Of a stretch of 64,000 bases of DNA, positions 40,676 to 56,129 are shown piece by piece. The notes beneath the pieces are model-generated. The model was given only the letters and a program-made list of their open reading frames with translations, was not told where the DNA came from and made no database searches. The translations under genes and the position numbers were made by a program. This DNA comes from Octopus vulgaris (taxonomy: Eukaryota), in NCBI GenBank assembly GCA_951406725.2, contig OX597835.1, forward strand, positions 7,874,001 to 7,938,000. Direction: 5' to 3'. The stretch's first letter is position 1. Every line of letters starts with the position of its first letter.

Positions 40676-41108
40676 GCGCTACAAAATCAATAAACGCATA
40701 TCAATTGAGTGAAAGGGAAACTTATGTTTTCATTTTGTTAAAAACTTTTTGTTGCTCAAACTTTATGCAACAGCTGCGTTTCGTTTTTTTTCCGTTTTTA
40801 CAAGGTTACGACTTGTTAAACAGAAACTGACTTACATAACGCACAATGAGAAACTCTCTAACCCACGGCATAACGTTTGCTTTTCTTGTCCCCTTCTGCT
40901 TTTCCTCCATCCTCCCCTTCACATAGGTATTCGGGAATATGTACACTTACACGCACGCGCACACACATACGCTAACACAAATACATATGCACTCGCATAC
41001 ATTTATGTACGTGTCCAACATCAGGTATATATACCCTATTCGTATCAATCACATCATTCGCGTATATGAATGAATAAGTGTGAGTGTGTATTACATAAAT
41101 ATATAAGT

Positions 41109-41175
<67 letters not shown>

Positions 41176-42056
41176 TATATGTGGCGGGCAGGGGAAGAAA
41201 TTTTTAATTTATAGAAATTATAGACCCCAGAGAAAGAAAACGAAGCGCTTGGTGGCAATTGGCACCGACTCCAAACAAATGAAAAAGAAATGGTCACAAG
41301 AATTAAGAATTTTCCAAAATTAATATAACTTTAGGGGAAAATACTATGTAGGCATGGAGACGTCCTTCTGACCGGCTATAATATTATATTTCCAGATATT
41401 TTACTGGCCATAATAAACGATGAACGGAGCCACACTCGAGAACTAGCATGGAAGCGCATAAAGCAGGCTCAAAAGCAGTAAAAAGGGAAATCTGTGCAAC
41501 CTTTCAAAATTCCTACCCCAAACTTTGCTGCCCCATACTACAGAGATATAACTAATTGGCAGAACACTATGGTAAACTGAACCACCTCTAACACAGGTAT
41601 TTTCCGATGAAGAAATCGATATCTTCATTCAATAGCGGCATTTGGTCACACCCAAGCTGTGGAGAGATGTGTAAAAACTCATGAGAGAAGCATCATCTAA
41701 TGTTTGTGGTGAGAATTAGGGGTCGAATCGAACCAAGAGAAACAATTCCAGTGTTTGAGACAAAAAAGGATTTCAAAATGAAAGGTGATAATCAATTAGA
41801 ATTATTTAGTTTTAGCTATTTTGAATATAATAAACACTTAGCATTATGTCGTTTAATGAATTTTTTCAAAACAACAAATCTTTGTTCCATTCTTTATTTG
41901 AGAGTAAGATGCTGATTCTAGTCTTCGAAAAAACATTAATTGGCTCTATAACTGGAGCGAAAAGGAATACCATATAACGATTCGTATTGTTTCGTTGCAT
42001 GAAGTTATTTCGAATAAATTGGAAATTATTTACATTATTTATTATTCAGTGATTTA

Positions 42057-42562
<506 letters not shown>

Positions 42563-42609
42563 AAAAAATATCTTAGTAATGAGAACTCAGGTTCGAAATT
42601 TCCACCAAG

Positions 42610-42653
42610 ACACTTGGTGAAGGCTGGAGAGTACATCAGCCGAAACGTTGTGT
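42610..42653 (+). ncRNA. Degenerate minimal hammerhead motif
   Basis: acac-TTGGTGA-a-ggctg...cagcc-GAAA-c-GTT-gtgt. Stems are intact but CUGAUGA carries two substitutions, so it is likely inactive. Confidence 0.55.
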
Positions 42654-44492
42654 TAGCAACAAAGATGAAGACAAAATATCCGTCAAGTGTAAATAATGTA
42701 AATAATGTACTTAATTCCACATCTCTTAAATGTAGAACTGTAAATTGGTAATGTTAATTATTTTCATCACCAAAATGTGTCAGGAATCAAAAGTTGGTTC
42801 ACACGTAATTTTAATTTAAAGTGTGTTTAATCTAGATCTCATGTAACACCTATATTCGGTGACCTAGTATTAAAAATGATAGAGAAAACAAAGTAGAAAA
42901 GTCTATTTTATTTCTCATAATTTCGAAATTTCAAGTACGCTGAGGTGTCTGAAGATATAAATTTTAGTGCTTTTAACACTGTTGTTGTTAAAGGATTTCA
43001 CAAAGGAAAACTAATTTCTAACAATGAATGTAAAAACTAAACGAGGAACGGCAAATGTGTTATAAATTGATTTTTCACTTATTATTCAAAATTTCAGCTG
43101 AGCTGCGGAGCCTGACAATGTTAATCTAAAAATTTCAGATTTTAACAGAGTTGCTTCTAAAGAATTTTACATAAAAAAATATATTCTTAAAATCATATTT
43201 TGAAAATCTGCGTAAAAAGTACCTATTTCGCTCCACCCTAATATACATACATACAGACATATATGAATAATTTACGATTTAAGTTTTCTAAACTTATATA
43301 TATAGAAAGTTTTCCAAAGTATGTATTTATAAACATAAATGTAATTTCGTATGAAAATAGAACAAGTATTTTTTTCAGATGTTTGTTTAAATTCCCATGC
43401 TCCCATTACGCTTTCAGTATTTTGACCTAAAACAGTACAGATCATTTAGATGATTAGGAAGTATAGTTTTAAAATTTAATTAGGAATGGAAACGTTAGGC
43501 GCATTTCAGGAGCGTATGTCACTGATGTCCTCCCAGAGGCCTTATTTTTAAACAGAGTTTTGGCTAACCTCATACATAATGAACGAGTATGTTGCTCGGT
43601 GACAGACTCTCAAAAACACGCACTCAAACACACACGCTTACACATACACGTCCCTCACCCCCACTAAAAAACTTCCTATTCTCAAAAGATAAATATAGAA
43701 CTGTCCAACACAGAGCCCTCTACATCAACGTTCGTTTTGCTAGATATAACAGCAAAAGATCTTTGAAATCAGATTTTTGCTTATTAAATGTGATGGCTAC
43801 TTTGAATTATATAACCTGGTAAAAGAAACAAAGCACTACGACTACACCAGTCATCATAGCGAATGATCATAATTCCCTGGTGTGGTTAATCCAGTCATGT
43901 CTAACTCGGGGTTGAACAGCATCAACGACTCACACAGATGTTTCTAAACTGATAAACAAATTTTGATATTAAAAACATTCAATTATCGTTAATTTCATTA
44001 TCTTTTAATCTCTCGTCTACATATTTAAAACCCTGCACTTGTTTACTTTGTTGGAAATGAATAATTAAAATTTACTCATTTAGTTTAATAAATTGTGTGG
44101 ACATAACTGTCTTCTTCTGTAAATATGTTTAGAAGATTATCGCTACACATGGTGACATTAACTGCAAGAAAAGGAGACATTTAGAAGCACACAGGACATT
44201 CAGAGTTAGATGCAGAGACATTTAGAGTTCGATCGGGAGTCTATTTACTGTTACAAAAGGAAACCATGGTTTCGTGCAAAAGAATATCGTTTCGCAATCA
44301 CAGAGCGACATCCGCAAGAATTTGCATGAATTTGCTTCTCTCATCGTCTCAGAAGTAGTTTGAGAGAAGAGAAAGCATGAATATTGTCTGAAAATCGGTC
44401 GCGTCTTTTACATACTTTGACATCTTCAGTTTAGCCGCTGACGAATTTTGAAATAATTAAAGAAATGAGCGTGTGTGTACGTGTATGTATGC

Positions 44493-44561
<69 letters not shown>

Positions 44562-44718
44562 AATGTATATATACATATATATATATATATAAATGTATAT
44601 ATACACATATATATATATATAAATGTATATATACATATATATAGTATATATAAATATAAATGTATGTAAATATATATATGTATATGCATATATATATGTA
44701 TATATGTATATATATGTA

Positions 44719-44765
<47 letters not shown>

Positions 44766-45090
44766 TTATATGTATACGTATGTATGTAAACACATTTTAC
44801 AGGCAATTAATTATAATTACCATTAGATAAAAGGAGAAGGATTAATGGTCATTAACACCGAGGTATCTACTTCGATATGTTCTAATGGCGGCAATATTTG
44901 GGAAGAAGCACTTTTACATTTCTCTTACAATGACACGGTGAACTTATCTGAGTTGATATCTCAGTGCCATATTTGCATACGCACGTGCATATAGATATGC
45001 ATGAGTGTATGCATTTGTGTGTATGTGTCTGCATAAACGTATATAGATTTATGTATATGTCTGTGGCTGCATGTGCGCTTCCATGTGTGT

Positions 45091-45131
<41 letters not shown>

Positions 45132-45135
<4 letters not shown>

Positions 45136-45427
45136 CGTGATCACCGTGACCGACCAGGCTATCAGATGTTGCTACACGTCGCTGGTCACAATGCGCTTCA
45201 CATTGTTTTAGCCCTCAAATGATGCCACCGCGCTGGCTAAGCGAGCAGGACAACAGAAGAAAGAGTGAGAGAAAGTTGTGGCGAAAGAGTACAGCAGGGA
45301 TCGCCACCATCCCCTGCCGGAGCCTCGTGGAGATTTAGATGTTTTCGCTCAATAAACACTCACAACGCCCGGTCTGGGAATCGAAACCGTGATTCTACAA
45401 CCGCGAGTCCGCTGCCCTAACCACTGG

Positions 45428-45432
<5 letters not shown>
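45132..45432 (-). mobile_element. SINE family B, alternative-tail subfamily
   Basis: Reverse-complement homolog of 27329-27619, inserted in (TA)n. Confidence 0.88.
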
Positions 45433-45468
<36 letters not shown>

Positions 45469-45793
45469 GTATTTATACATACATGCATACATATACCTTT
45501 GTATATGCACTCACATACATATATACATTGATTCATAGATGCATAAATACGGGAATTAATGTAAATATATTTACGAGGACGTGTCTCTGTTGAACTAGGA
45601 AAGAAATGGAAATGAGATTGAACCTCTTTACAAGTCTTTAGTGCTTCCCTAGCGAGGAAGTCTCTAGATGATTGTTTGACAGCCTAAAAGTAGTCACTGT
45701 TTTTCTCAAATCCCACACCAATGTTTTAAGATGGAAGGACATGTCGGACATTGTAGTCCTAAACATGTTAATTGTTTTTATTTATTTAATATA

Positions 45794-45958
45794 GGCGCAG
45801 GAGTGGCTGTGTGGTAAGTAGCTTGCCAACCAACCACATGGTTCCGGGTTTAGTCCCACTGCGTGGCATCTTGGGCAAGTGTCTTCTGTTATAGCCTCGT
45901 GCCGACCAAAGCCTTGTGCGTGGATTTGGTAGACGGAAACTAAAAGAAGCCTGTCGTA

Positions 45959-46017
<59 letters not shown>

Positions 46018-46233
46018 ATATGTTTGTGTGTCTGTGTTATCCCTCTAGCATTGCTTGACAACCGATGCTGGTGTGTTTACGTCCCCGTAACTTAGCGGTT
46101 CGGCAAAAGATACCGATAGAATAAGTACTGGGCTTACAAAGAATAAGTCCCCGGGGTTGATTTGCTTGACTAAAGGCGGTGCTCCAGCATGGCCGCAGTC
46201 AAATGACTGAAACGAGTAAAAGAGTAAAAGAGT
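45794..46233 (+). mobile_element. SINE family C, full length
   Basis: tRNA-like head (tggctgtgtggtaag; ggtttagtccc), tcttgggcaagt core, internal microsatellite and aaagagt tail repeats. Confidence 0.9.
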
Positions 46234-46743
46234 ATATATCTTGCATTTCGTGAACAGTCGATTCGTTACTAGAATCGAATCGATTTTGGTTCCCTTTAAT
46301 TCCTATATCCTCTTGATATTTCCAAGTCTGCATCTAAACAGATACCTGATGACAGTCTATGACAGTTGATTGTAAATTCTGAAAACGCTTCTGTAATGTG
46401 TACGGCTCTAAACAGCGAATTGTCAGCAAACGGTGTGCAGACAGCAAGGTATTGGCTCTTGTAAAATTTGGTTCTTCATCCTGCAGTGATAGCGTCGCTC
46501 TAACTTCTGACTAGTTTTCGTTTATGGCTGAAAAGAATTGTCCACCAAAAGACGAGATGATCCCAGCTGGAAGGTTTTTGGTTTAATTAGGACTAGCAGG
46601 CCTTAATATCAGCTATGTGACATGATACTCTCTAGTACTGTGGGTTTTCAGCATTTATGCAAAAAATATTTTCAGCGGAGAATTTTGTTTTAAATAGTTT
46701 CTTCTCTCATCTAACATTTACCCTGTTATAATTTCATTATATC

Positions 46744-46975
46744 TGTTTCTTTATTGCCTACAAGGGGCTAAACATAGAGGGGACAAACAAGGACAGACAA
46801 ACGGATTAAGTCGATTACATAGACCCCAGTGCGTAACTGGTACTTAATTTATCGACCCCGAAAGGATGAAAGGCAAAGTCGACCTCCGCGGAATTTGAAC
46901 TCAGAACGCAACGACAGATGCAATACCGCTAAGCATTTCACCCGGTGTGCTAACGTTTCTGCCAGCTCGCCGCCT
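46744..46975 (-). mobile_element. SINE family A copy
   Basis: Full-length reverse complement of family A. Confidence 0.9.
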
Positions 46976-46982
46976 TTCATTA

Positions 46983-47040
<58 letters not shown>

Positions 47041-47805
47041 AGTATGTATGTATATTTTTAGTTGGGACAATGTCAAAACCACGACCATTAAGAAAACTGT
47101 TATCAGTTCAGTCTTGTATGATTGCGTGTCCACGAGCAGGAGATATTCGAAATGTTTCCCTCCATTTCTGCTGGAGTAACAAACAGACTCATACTAAATG
47201 CAAGGTTATCCAAAAAAGTTTTGTAGGGCGGGATTAGATAATTTATTGGAGGGGATTTTGCCACACCAAGATAAAGACACCATATGATCTGATGCCAGAA
47301 TGAATTGAAACACAATTTTCTTCCCTTTAATATTAAAAGAAAAGAAGTGGGAGAAGAGAGTCTTTGAGACCAGCAGCCTGACATGGGAGTCGCACATCTG
47401 CTAGGATTTCTGTTTTGAAATAATAACAATGTCGTAGTTGGACTCAGAACGGGGCAGGCCGTAATATCGATTTGTTAGGTCGCCAGAGGAACAGCCATTC
47501 AATGGCAGGGTTGTAATCGATTGAAACGACCTCAATATATAAAATGAAAGATAACGTTGAATAAAAAGACAGTTGAATTAAGAATGTAAAAAAAAATGAT
47601 GGCAGTACCACCACCACCACCGCGGCCGCTACCGCCGCCAACACCACACCTAGAGATAACTGTTAGGTTTTATCCAGTAACGTTGTTGTTGTTGATATTT
47701 TGGCGGGGATATTTTGACGACCACATGAGCATCTGTCACATTCTGATCAATGTTAACTTTGCCATCTCCGGTGCAGTCAGTAGCACAATGTACAAATATT
47801 AAGAA

Positions 47806-48205
47806 CTAGCAGTATCGCCCGGCGTTGCTCGGGTTTGTAAGGGAAATAACTATATAAGCATTTTTAGAGAGTTATAGCCAAAAAGTAGCAAAAAAATGCA
47901 TTAAAAATGGAAAAGAAATGATGGTAAAGTTTTTTTAAATCGTTGACTCATCGTAGACATTTTTAGAGAGTTACTTCCCGTATATAATAGCGAAAAAAAT
48001 GCATTAAAATGGAAAAAAATGATGGTAATTTTTTTCTAAATCGTAGACTCATCGTAGACGCGCGCTAATACCCAGAAGGGCTCGATATGAATCACGACTA
48101 TAAGATACCCGGTTTTGGTTAAACTGCACCGCAAAATGTGGGAGTAGTTAGGAATCTAAATCATAGGAGACAGACATCACACAACCTCACTTTTATATAT
48201 AAAGA
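47806..48205 (-). mobile_element. Non-autonomous Helitron
   Basis: TC...hairpin-CTAG termini in an A|T site. The 5' half matches the 31996 copy and there is an internal duplication. Confidence 0.9.
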
Positions 48206-48357
48206 TAATACAGGAGAGAAGAGAGAGGGAGAGAGAGAGAGGGGTGAGAGATTAGCATGTGGATGTATTGTAACATTGTAACCAAAAGTCAAACGTGCCA
48301 ATGCCGTGGTGCCGCAAGCGGTCCTAAATAATGCTAAATCCCTGTTTCCTTTTTCAG

Positions 48358-48435
48358 CCTAACAAGATGTTGATGTCCATACGGACGCCATGTCTCGCTC
48401 TCGCCATTTCCGTCACTGTTGCTGTACTTCGTTAA
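48358..48435 (+). CDS. Possible short terminal exon (PNKMLMSIRTPCLALAISVTVAVLR*)
   Basis: Branch-like gctaaat, polypyrimidine tract and tttttcag acceptor in unique sequence, with a hydrophobic C-terminal peptide. No partner exon was found. Confidence 0.2.
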   Translation, partial: PNKMLMSIRTPCLALAISVTVAVLR

Positions 48436-48899
48436 CATTCTGCGACATCAAGTCATTTAACATGTTGGACTAAACGTGTTTAACTCTATAGACTGTCCGG
48501 CGCGACTAGTGTTTCTACACCTCACAAAAAAAATCGATGTATCGACTGTAGAAACAAATATAACCGAGATTTCATCTACAGAGGACAAAAACTTTCTGCT
48601 AAGAGAATACAAATATTTACCCTCGCGGACGATAACAATGGATATATTAACAGAGGACATTAGTGGACGAAGTAGCGAAACGAAATAGTAAAGACTGAAA
48701 GCTCTATCTTGTAATGTTGGGGGAAAAGAGCAGTGATAATACTAATAATATCACAGTGATAGTAGATTTATCTACTAGTATGTATCTATGGAAATACTAA
48801 TATTCTCGATGAGGGCAACATCCATAACAATAAGGAGTTGACGATAAATGCCAACGGACACAGTTTATTATTAGTTAGAACAAAGCGAAATAGCTTTTC

Positions 48900-48958
<59 letters not shown>

Positions 48959-49050
48959 TGTTGTAGTAGTAGTAGTGGTTGTTGTTGTTACTGATGGTTT
49001 CAATTGTAGTTTCCAGAAGATTGCATAACGAAATACAGAATGGCTTACAC

Positions 49051-49107
<57 letters not shown>

Positions 49108-49245
49108 TGTTGTTATTGATGGTTTCACTTGTAGTTTCCAGAAGATTGCATAACGAAATACAGAATGGTTTACACAGTAGTATTAGTAGTAGTAGTAGTA
49201 GTAGTAGTAGTGTTAGTAGCAGCATCAGCAGCAGTAGTAGTGGTA
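48900..49245. repeat. (TAG)n tracts with a duplicated ~70-bp spacer
   Basis: tgatggtttca.ttgtagtttccagaagattgcataacgaaatacagaatgg.ttacacag occurs twice. Confidence 0.9.
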
Positions 49246-50430
49246 GCGAGAGATTATTTTAGGAAACCCGTTTTTCAGTTGCGACACAAGTGAAAGGAAC
49301 GGCTGAAACAACGTACAGATGGGAATTCGACATCCCTCAGTATCAATTCCCACTGATAAAAAACAAGACTTCTTTTAACTATGTTTGTATTCACTCAACA
49401 TTAGAAATTTGAGGTTGAATAAAGAATATATTCTTACACCAGATAGTAGTTTATTTCCAAAGAATAAAAGACTGGTCGGCTAAATTAAACATTTTAATCA
49501 CTTAACGTAGTGAAGTAAGATAAACCAGATGCTAGTTGATAATGTTTCGAGTGTAAAATATATGTTCTGTATGATAAGTAAAAGCAATGTAAACAAACAG
49601 CAAATCTTACGGCAAACAGGAATATCCACCCTAAATGATGAATTAAAATAGTATTAGAGAAAAGATTTCTTTAAAAACCAGGCCTTTGGAAATTATCTTT
49701 GAAAATTCTATAGAACGACACACGGTAATAGAATAGAAGTAAGTAAGATTCAATCGAAAGAGAAATTAGATTTAGTTACGAAACTGTTGTTTTTAAAATG
49801 TTTCCAAGTAGAACAAAACTAATTGTAGATTAAAAGATTAAAAGGTTAAAAGATTAGGTGACAACAGTGGAAATTGAGATGTCGTTTTTTTTTTTTCCAA
49901 GCAATGTTGTTAATGTAAATTATTCCTGAAATTGTCAGGGAACAAAATGTGTGGCGGTTGTTATTTGATATACTTCACATCCAGATAATGTAAGCGTCTG
50001 GATCAGATGTTTCTATTTAACTGTCATGGTGCGAACACAGTGATCCCAAGCAAAGACCAATACAAGAACCAACTAATTATTACAGCAGCATTTAACGGCC
50101 GAGTACTTAGAAACTGCTCTTTAAACTGTTCTCCAACAAAGAATATTTTACGAAGCTAAAGCTAAGTGTGCACAACCAAGTTGTATGGAACAAAACGTGC
50201 AACACCTTGGTTGGTACAGAATGGTATGGAAGCATAGAAAGACAACTTCTTTAATTCGATCTTGTATGGCTAACTCATTAAAATGATCTCTTCTCGCCTA
50301 TACTATTTACCAAGTTCAATTTCCGTTGTTGTACCAGTTATGTAAAAACGTCAACTATTTACTGGGTATATAGTTCTTAAAACACACCTTTTCTCCAAGC
50401 AATGCTTCATAAATGTATTTTATAAAAAAA

Positions 50431-50821
50431 CTAGCAGTATCGCCCGGCGTTGCTCGGGTTTGTAAGGGAAATAACTATATAAGCATTTTTAAAGATGTAA
50501 AGTATAATAGCCATCTCAATATGGCTAACCACAAAGTGTGGGGGTGGGGGTGTTACTGTAGCTTTTTACGTTCTGAGATTTAATAATAAATTTTTAGAGA
50601 GTTACTTCCCTTATATATGCCAAAAATGCATTAAAAATGGGAAAAATTAATGGTAATTTTTTTAAAATCGTAGACGCGGGCTAATACTCAGAAGGGCTCG
50701 ATATGAATCACGACTATAAGATACCCGGTTTTGGTTAAACTGCACTGCAAAATGTGGGAGTAGTTAGGAATCTATATCGAAGGAGACAGACAGCACACAA
50801 CCTCACTTTTATATATAAAGA
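50431..50821 (-). mobile_element. Non-autonomous Helitron
   Basis: Reverse-complement homolog of 31996-32392. Confidence 0.9.
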
Positions 50822-51219
50822 TATAGTGCCTTCCACATATTGCATATCTCGATGTAAAAATAACCTAAATTATAAAACATATTCGTTCTGAATAAAACAT
50901 ATATCCTCGTGGAGAAATCATTTTTAAATCTCCAAAAACAAAAAATAATTTCTTGACATTCATTTTAGTTCGAAAAAGTTCAGTTAATCGGAGTTGTTTC
51001 TGCCACTGATCTCCCCCGTAATTCCTTTCCATTTACTCTTGTTAAATGGCTAATACACATCTCACCAGATGAAATTCTGCGTTTTAACGCACAGTCTCAG
51101 AATAAACCACTTCAGCAGCGAAATAATATATACTCCTTGAGGTATTTTTGTTGGAAAACTGATTTGGGTTTTAGTTTTTATGGACTATGCGTGTGCATAC
51201 ATATATATATAATATATGT

Positions 51220-51602
51220 GGAGGCGCAATGGCCCAGTGGTTAGGGCAGCGGACTCGCGGTCATAGGATCGCGGTTTCGATTCCCAGACCGGGCGTTGTG
51301 AGTGTTTATTGAGCGAAAACACCTAAAGCTCCACGAGGCTCCGGCAGGGGATGGTGGTGATCCCTGCTGTACTCTTTCACCACAACTTTCTCTCACTCTT
51401 ACTTCCTGTTTCTGTTGTACCTGTATTTCAAGGGGCCGGCCTTGTCACTCTCTGTGTCACGCTGAATATCCCCGAGAACTACGTTAAGTGTACACGTGTC
51501 TGTGGAGTGCTCAGCCACTTACACGTTAATTTCACGAGCAGGCTGTTCCGTTGATTCGGATCAACCGGAACCCTCGTCGTCGTAACCGACGGAGTGCTTC
51601 CA
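51220..51602 (+). mobile_element. SINE family B (long tail)
   Basis: Near-identical to 4679-5060. Confidence 0.93.
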
Positions 51603-52379
51603 TATATATATATATATATACATACGTGCGCGTGCGTGTGTGGGTACATGCCATTGTTCTTAATTTCGGTGCGTTTTAAATTCCTTGTGCCATGTTTATC
51701 TTATTGCAGAAATGAGATATCTAAAAAATAGGTTAGATGATTAAAACTTAGTTGTGTAATTAAGACATTTGCATGTCATTATTTCAGCATCTCTATTCAT
51801 TTTATTCGCAATTAAAAAGAGATGGAAAGGAATGAATAGAAAAAAGAAAAGACAAGAGTAAAGGAAGAAAATGCGTAAGAGTGGCGTTCTGATTATGGAA
51901 ACACAAAATTTTTATGGATTAATAGGGATTTTTTTTTAGATTAAAATCCTGTAATTATCGTTAGGAGCCTCTAATTACAGCAGTTTATTCTTAGTACTGG
52001 ACTTTTGAATCGATTTGAGAAATTAGAAGGTTGCTTTCTTGTTTAAAATCTCTTTAATTCGAATCTGGTGTCAATAATGGCAAAAATATCCCTCACTGAA
52101 ATACACGCGAGTGTTTCTAACAAAAGTAACACCCGATTTTAACTCTGTATAGAGTTTATTGGTGGAACCGTTAGAGAATGTAGGTACAAACTATAATATT
52201 ACTGTCAGTGGAACATTCATAAGAAACGGAAAACTCGAAATCATTTGCATAAGAAAATTTAGAAATAGCAGCCAAAAGAGACCGCTATTTCTTTTTTCTA
52301 CAAAATATGTTTCCACAGATAACAATATTTGTAACTCACATAGGTAAGAAGAAGAAAAATAATGAAATCAAACAGTCTT

Positions 52380-52620
52380 CTGCCCTTAAGATTTGATTTC
52401 AGCAAACGCGAACCTGACATTCGAGTTCTCCTGCTTTTCGTCCAGCAACATCTGGATTTTCTCTCCGGGCTCCCGGAACTAATCAGAGGTTTACTCTGAG
52501 AGAGCCTTAGGGTCTCCTTAGCAGCGGAGAAGACTGCCTTCTTTAACGCCTGTCGATGCTCTTCGATGCCATATAATCCATCTGAGCAGATTGCGAAAAC
52601 AGCCTCTTACTCCCCAGAAT
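52380..52620 (-). pseudogene. RTE-like ORF fragment (EN-RT linker)
   Basis: Minus strand QALKKAVFSAAKETLRLSQSKP...KIQMLLDEK. Confidence 0.45.
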
Positions 52621-52756
52621 TCTTCGCTACTGGCATAAAAAGCTGCAGATAAAATGGCATTAACTGCATTGCTTTTTGTTGAGATAGACTAAAATAAACT
52701 TTCAGTTCAAAATCGGACACTTCATTCTTAGTGACCTGATATATACATATTCTATA

Positions 52757-52830
<74 letters not shown>

Positions 52831-53051
52831 AGCACACACACACACATAAAATAATTCTCTTTCTTATAAAAGAAAGAGAAAGAGAGAAAAGCGACAGAGA
52901 TGCGCGTAGGTTTTCGTTGTTGTTACCCCGAGGAGTGAAACAGATTGACATGAAGACTATACACTTCTGTTTCTTACGTAAGACTTTACATTTGGATATG
53001 AAGGCGTTGCGTACGATACAGAGCCTTGAGGATATAGCAACAAAACACAGA

Positions 53052-53112
<61 letters not shown>

Positions 53113-53264
53113 ACATAGACTGACAAAGACAGACGTAGAGACAAACAAACACACTATTCAAATACACATTGTCAAGATTTCATTTCAGCATTTCCCACTT
53201 CTGATTTGGATATACACACATGTTTCTCTTTCTCTCCTCTCACTTTCTCTCTCTCTCTCTCTCA

Positions 53265-53530
<266 letters not shown>

Positions 53531-54366
53531 TATGTGTGGAGGTGTTTAATGTATACATGCATACATGTGCGTGTATATGAATATAGTATATATATATATA
53601 GCGATTTAAACGGGGAGAAAAAGGGAAAGGAAAATAGAGAAAAGTGAGGGTTGCGGTGATCCAGGGATTAAATCTGATTGTCCAAATATTCTAAAAAAAT
53701 ACAAGGGCTGCAGATGGAAGTTCCATACCTTCTTGGCACACATCCGAAAAGTAAATTCCATGGAAAGTTGTGACCACGACCTGTCATCTCATAGAAAGAA
53801 TTGTCGTCACTTTAGAAATTGGCAAGATAATAACAGAACAGCGAATGCAATCGGGATGGTATTATTGATTGTGCGCTACTCAAGAGCTGCGATTCTATGC
53901 GTTTTGTGTGTTTGTCATTGTTGAAATTAGAGGCGATGACAAAATACCCAAAGAACATTTTAGAAGAGATTTCCAGTAACATTTGTTGAAGTTAGAGAAT
54001 AAAAGAAAAAAAGCGAAGAATTATTTTCTGATACAAAAAATGTCTTTTGCTCGTAAACAAATTTCTATTACATTCAACATTGGTTTAAGTTTTGTTCTTG
54101 TGACTTGTCGAATATACTTATGTATTATTCCGTGTAACATTTAAACACACACACACACACACACATTTACACACACACGGACATCAAATATACAGATGCA
54201 CACCAATACTCATGCACACACATTCATGGATTAACAGGATTATATAGTCAGACATACACATACATACACACCCAGCAACAATCTTACAGATTTTATGTGG
54301 ATGTTCCGAAAGAAGATTCATAAAAGCAAATAACAATAAAATAACTCGATAAGGATATAAAAATCT

Positions 54367-54425
<59 letters not shown>

Positions 54426-54531
54426 TACATACTCATAGATACATATAAATGCATTCATACAAGTACTAACATTCCTCTATGTCTGTCTTTCTGTCTGTCA
54501 CTCTCTATGTATATATATGTATATATATGTG

Positions 54532-54567
<36 letters not shown>

Positions 54568-54865
54568 TTGATAGATAGATAAGTGTAGATATAGATAGAG
54601 ATATATATGTATATATATATGTACATATATATGTATATATATAAATATCTATATATACATATGTATGTATCCACACACACGTATATATATATGTATTCAG
54701 TAAGACACAGGAAAAAATAAACAAGCAACTAGGTAAATCCTGGGGTATGTGCAAGAAACGGGCCTAGTGTTCAAAACTGAGCGTAGATGTATATGGTTAG
54801 GATAATGTAGTAAAATACTGGCATACAGTTTTTGTAGACAGACAAAACAAAAGATACAAACATGT

Positions 54866-54957
<92 letters not shown>

Positions 54958-54977
54958 ATGAATGTATGTATATATAA

Positions 54978-55025
<48 letters not shown>

Positions 55026-55045
55026 ATGAATGTATGTATATATAA

Positions 55046-55120
<75 letters not shown>

Positions 55121-55572
55121 TATATGATATACTTATATAACATATTTACATATACTCACATATATGTATTTATGTATTATATACATATATGTGTATGCAT
55201 ATATGTATATAATGTATATAATGTATTGAAGTGTTGTGTGAGTGGTTCTACTTATGTTAAGAGATACAGAAAGTAAAAAAAAAAATTTATTAAGCAGACA
55301 ACGAAAAGATTTCATAGAAAATAAAATATGGACTTGGAAATGTCTGACAGTAAAATGTGTAAGAAAGAGAAGTAAATGTCAGTTCCATTGCAGACATGTT
55401 TTATCTTTATATTTATTTCGAGTTGGCTCAGGTAACTGGCAATGAATCACCAAGCTACAAGTCAAACAGGACAATTGCTAATATCTCAACCCAGAATACA
55501 TCTTGGAATGAATAAATGTCTACATACATACATACATACAGACAGACATATATACACACATATATATGAATA

Positions 55573-55660
<88 letters not shown>

Positions 55661-55864
55661 AGTAGGTGAATGAATTATCCTATGTTTATCGTCAGCATGG
55701 AAAATTCGTTTAACCGAAACCTGGGTAGCAAATTCACGTCAGAAAACACAGTTGAAGCGACCTGTCAATGGTAGAAACTCCGGGTTGATGTGTAGAAATT
55801 TGTGTGTTGTATATGAATAAATGAAAGAATGGAGTCGAACGAAGATGTTAACAAAATTCCTTTA

Positions 55865-55946
55865 CTCTCGACACATGTTTCGAAGACAGCATGTTTTCAT
55901 TCCAAAGGAATAAAGGGTGCATTATGCAATCTTCTCATCAGGAAAG
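55865..55946 (-). ncRNA. Type I hammerhead ribozyme (GUC) within an element bounded by 58-bp inverted repeats (55810-56083)
   Basis: Minus strand ctttc-CTGATGA-gaaga...tcttc-GAAA-catgt-GTC-gagag. All core nucleotides are canonical. Confidence 0.85.
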
Positions 55947-56087
55947 AAAGGGAGCCTCTCTCGACAACAAGACAAACAAAAATTTCGATGATTGCCTACA
56001 AGGTAAACAAAGCGATAATCAAAGTGAGTAAAGGAATTTTGTTAACATCTTCGTTCGACTCCATTCTTTCATTTATTCATATATATA

Positions 56088-56118
<31 letters not shown>

Positions 56119-56129
56119 GGATTCGAAAT

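Noticed and set aside
46340-46400. Possible hammerhead (cctgatgacag...ctgaaaacgcttc)
   Set aside because: Stem I and the cleavage triplet do not pair convincingly. It is at best heavily decayed.
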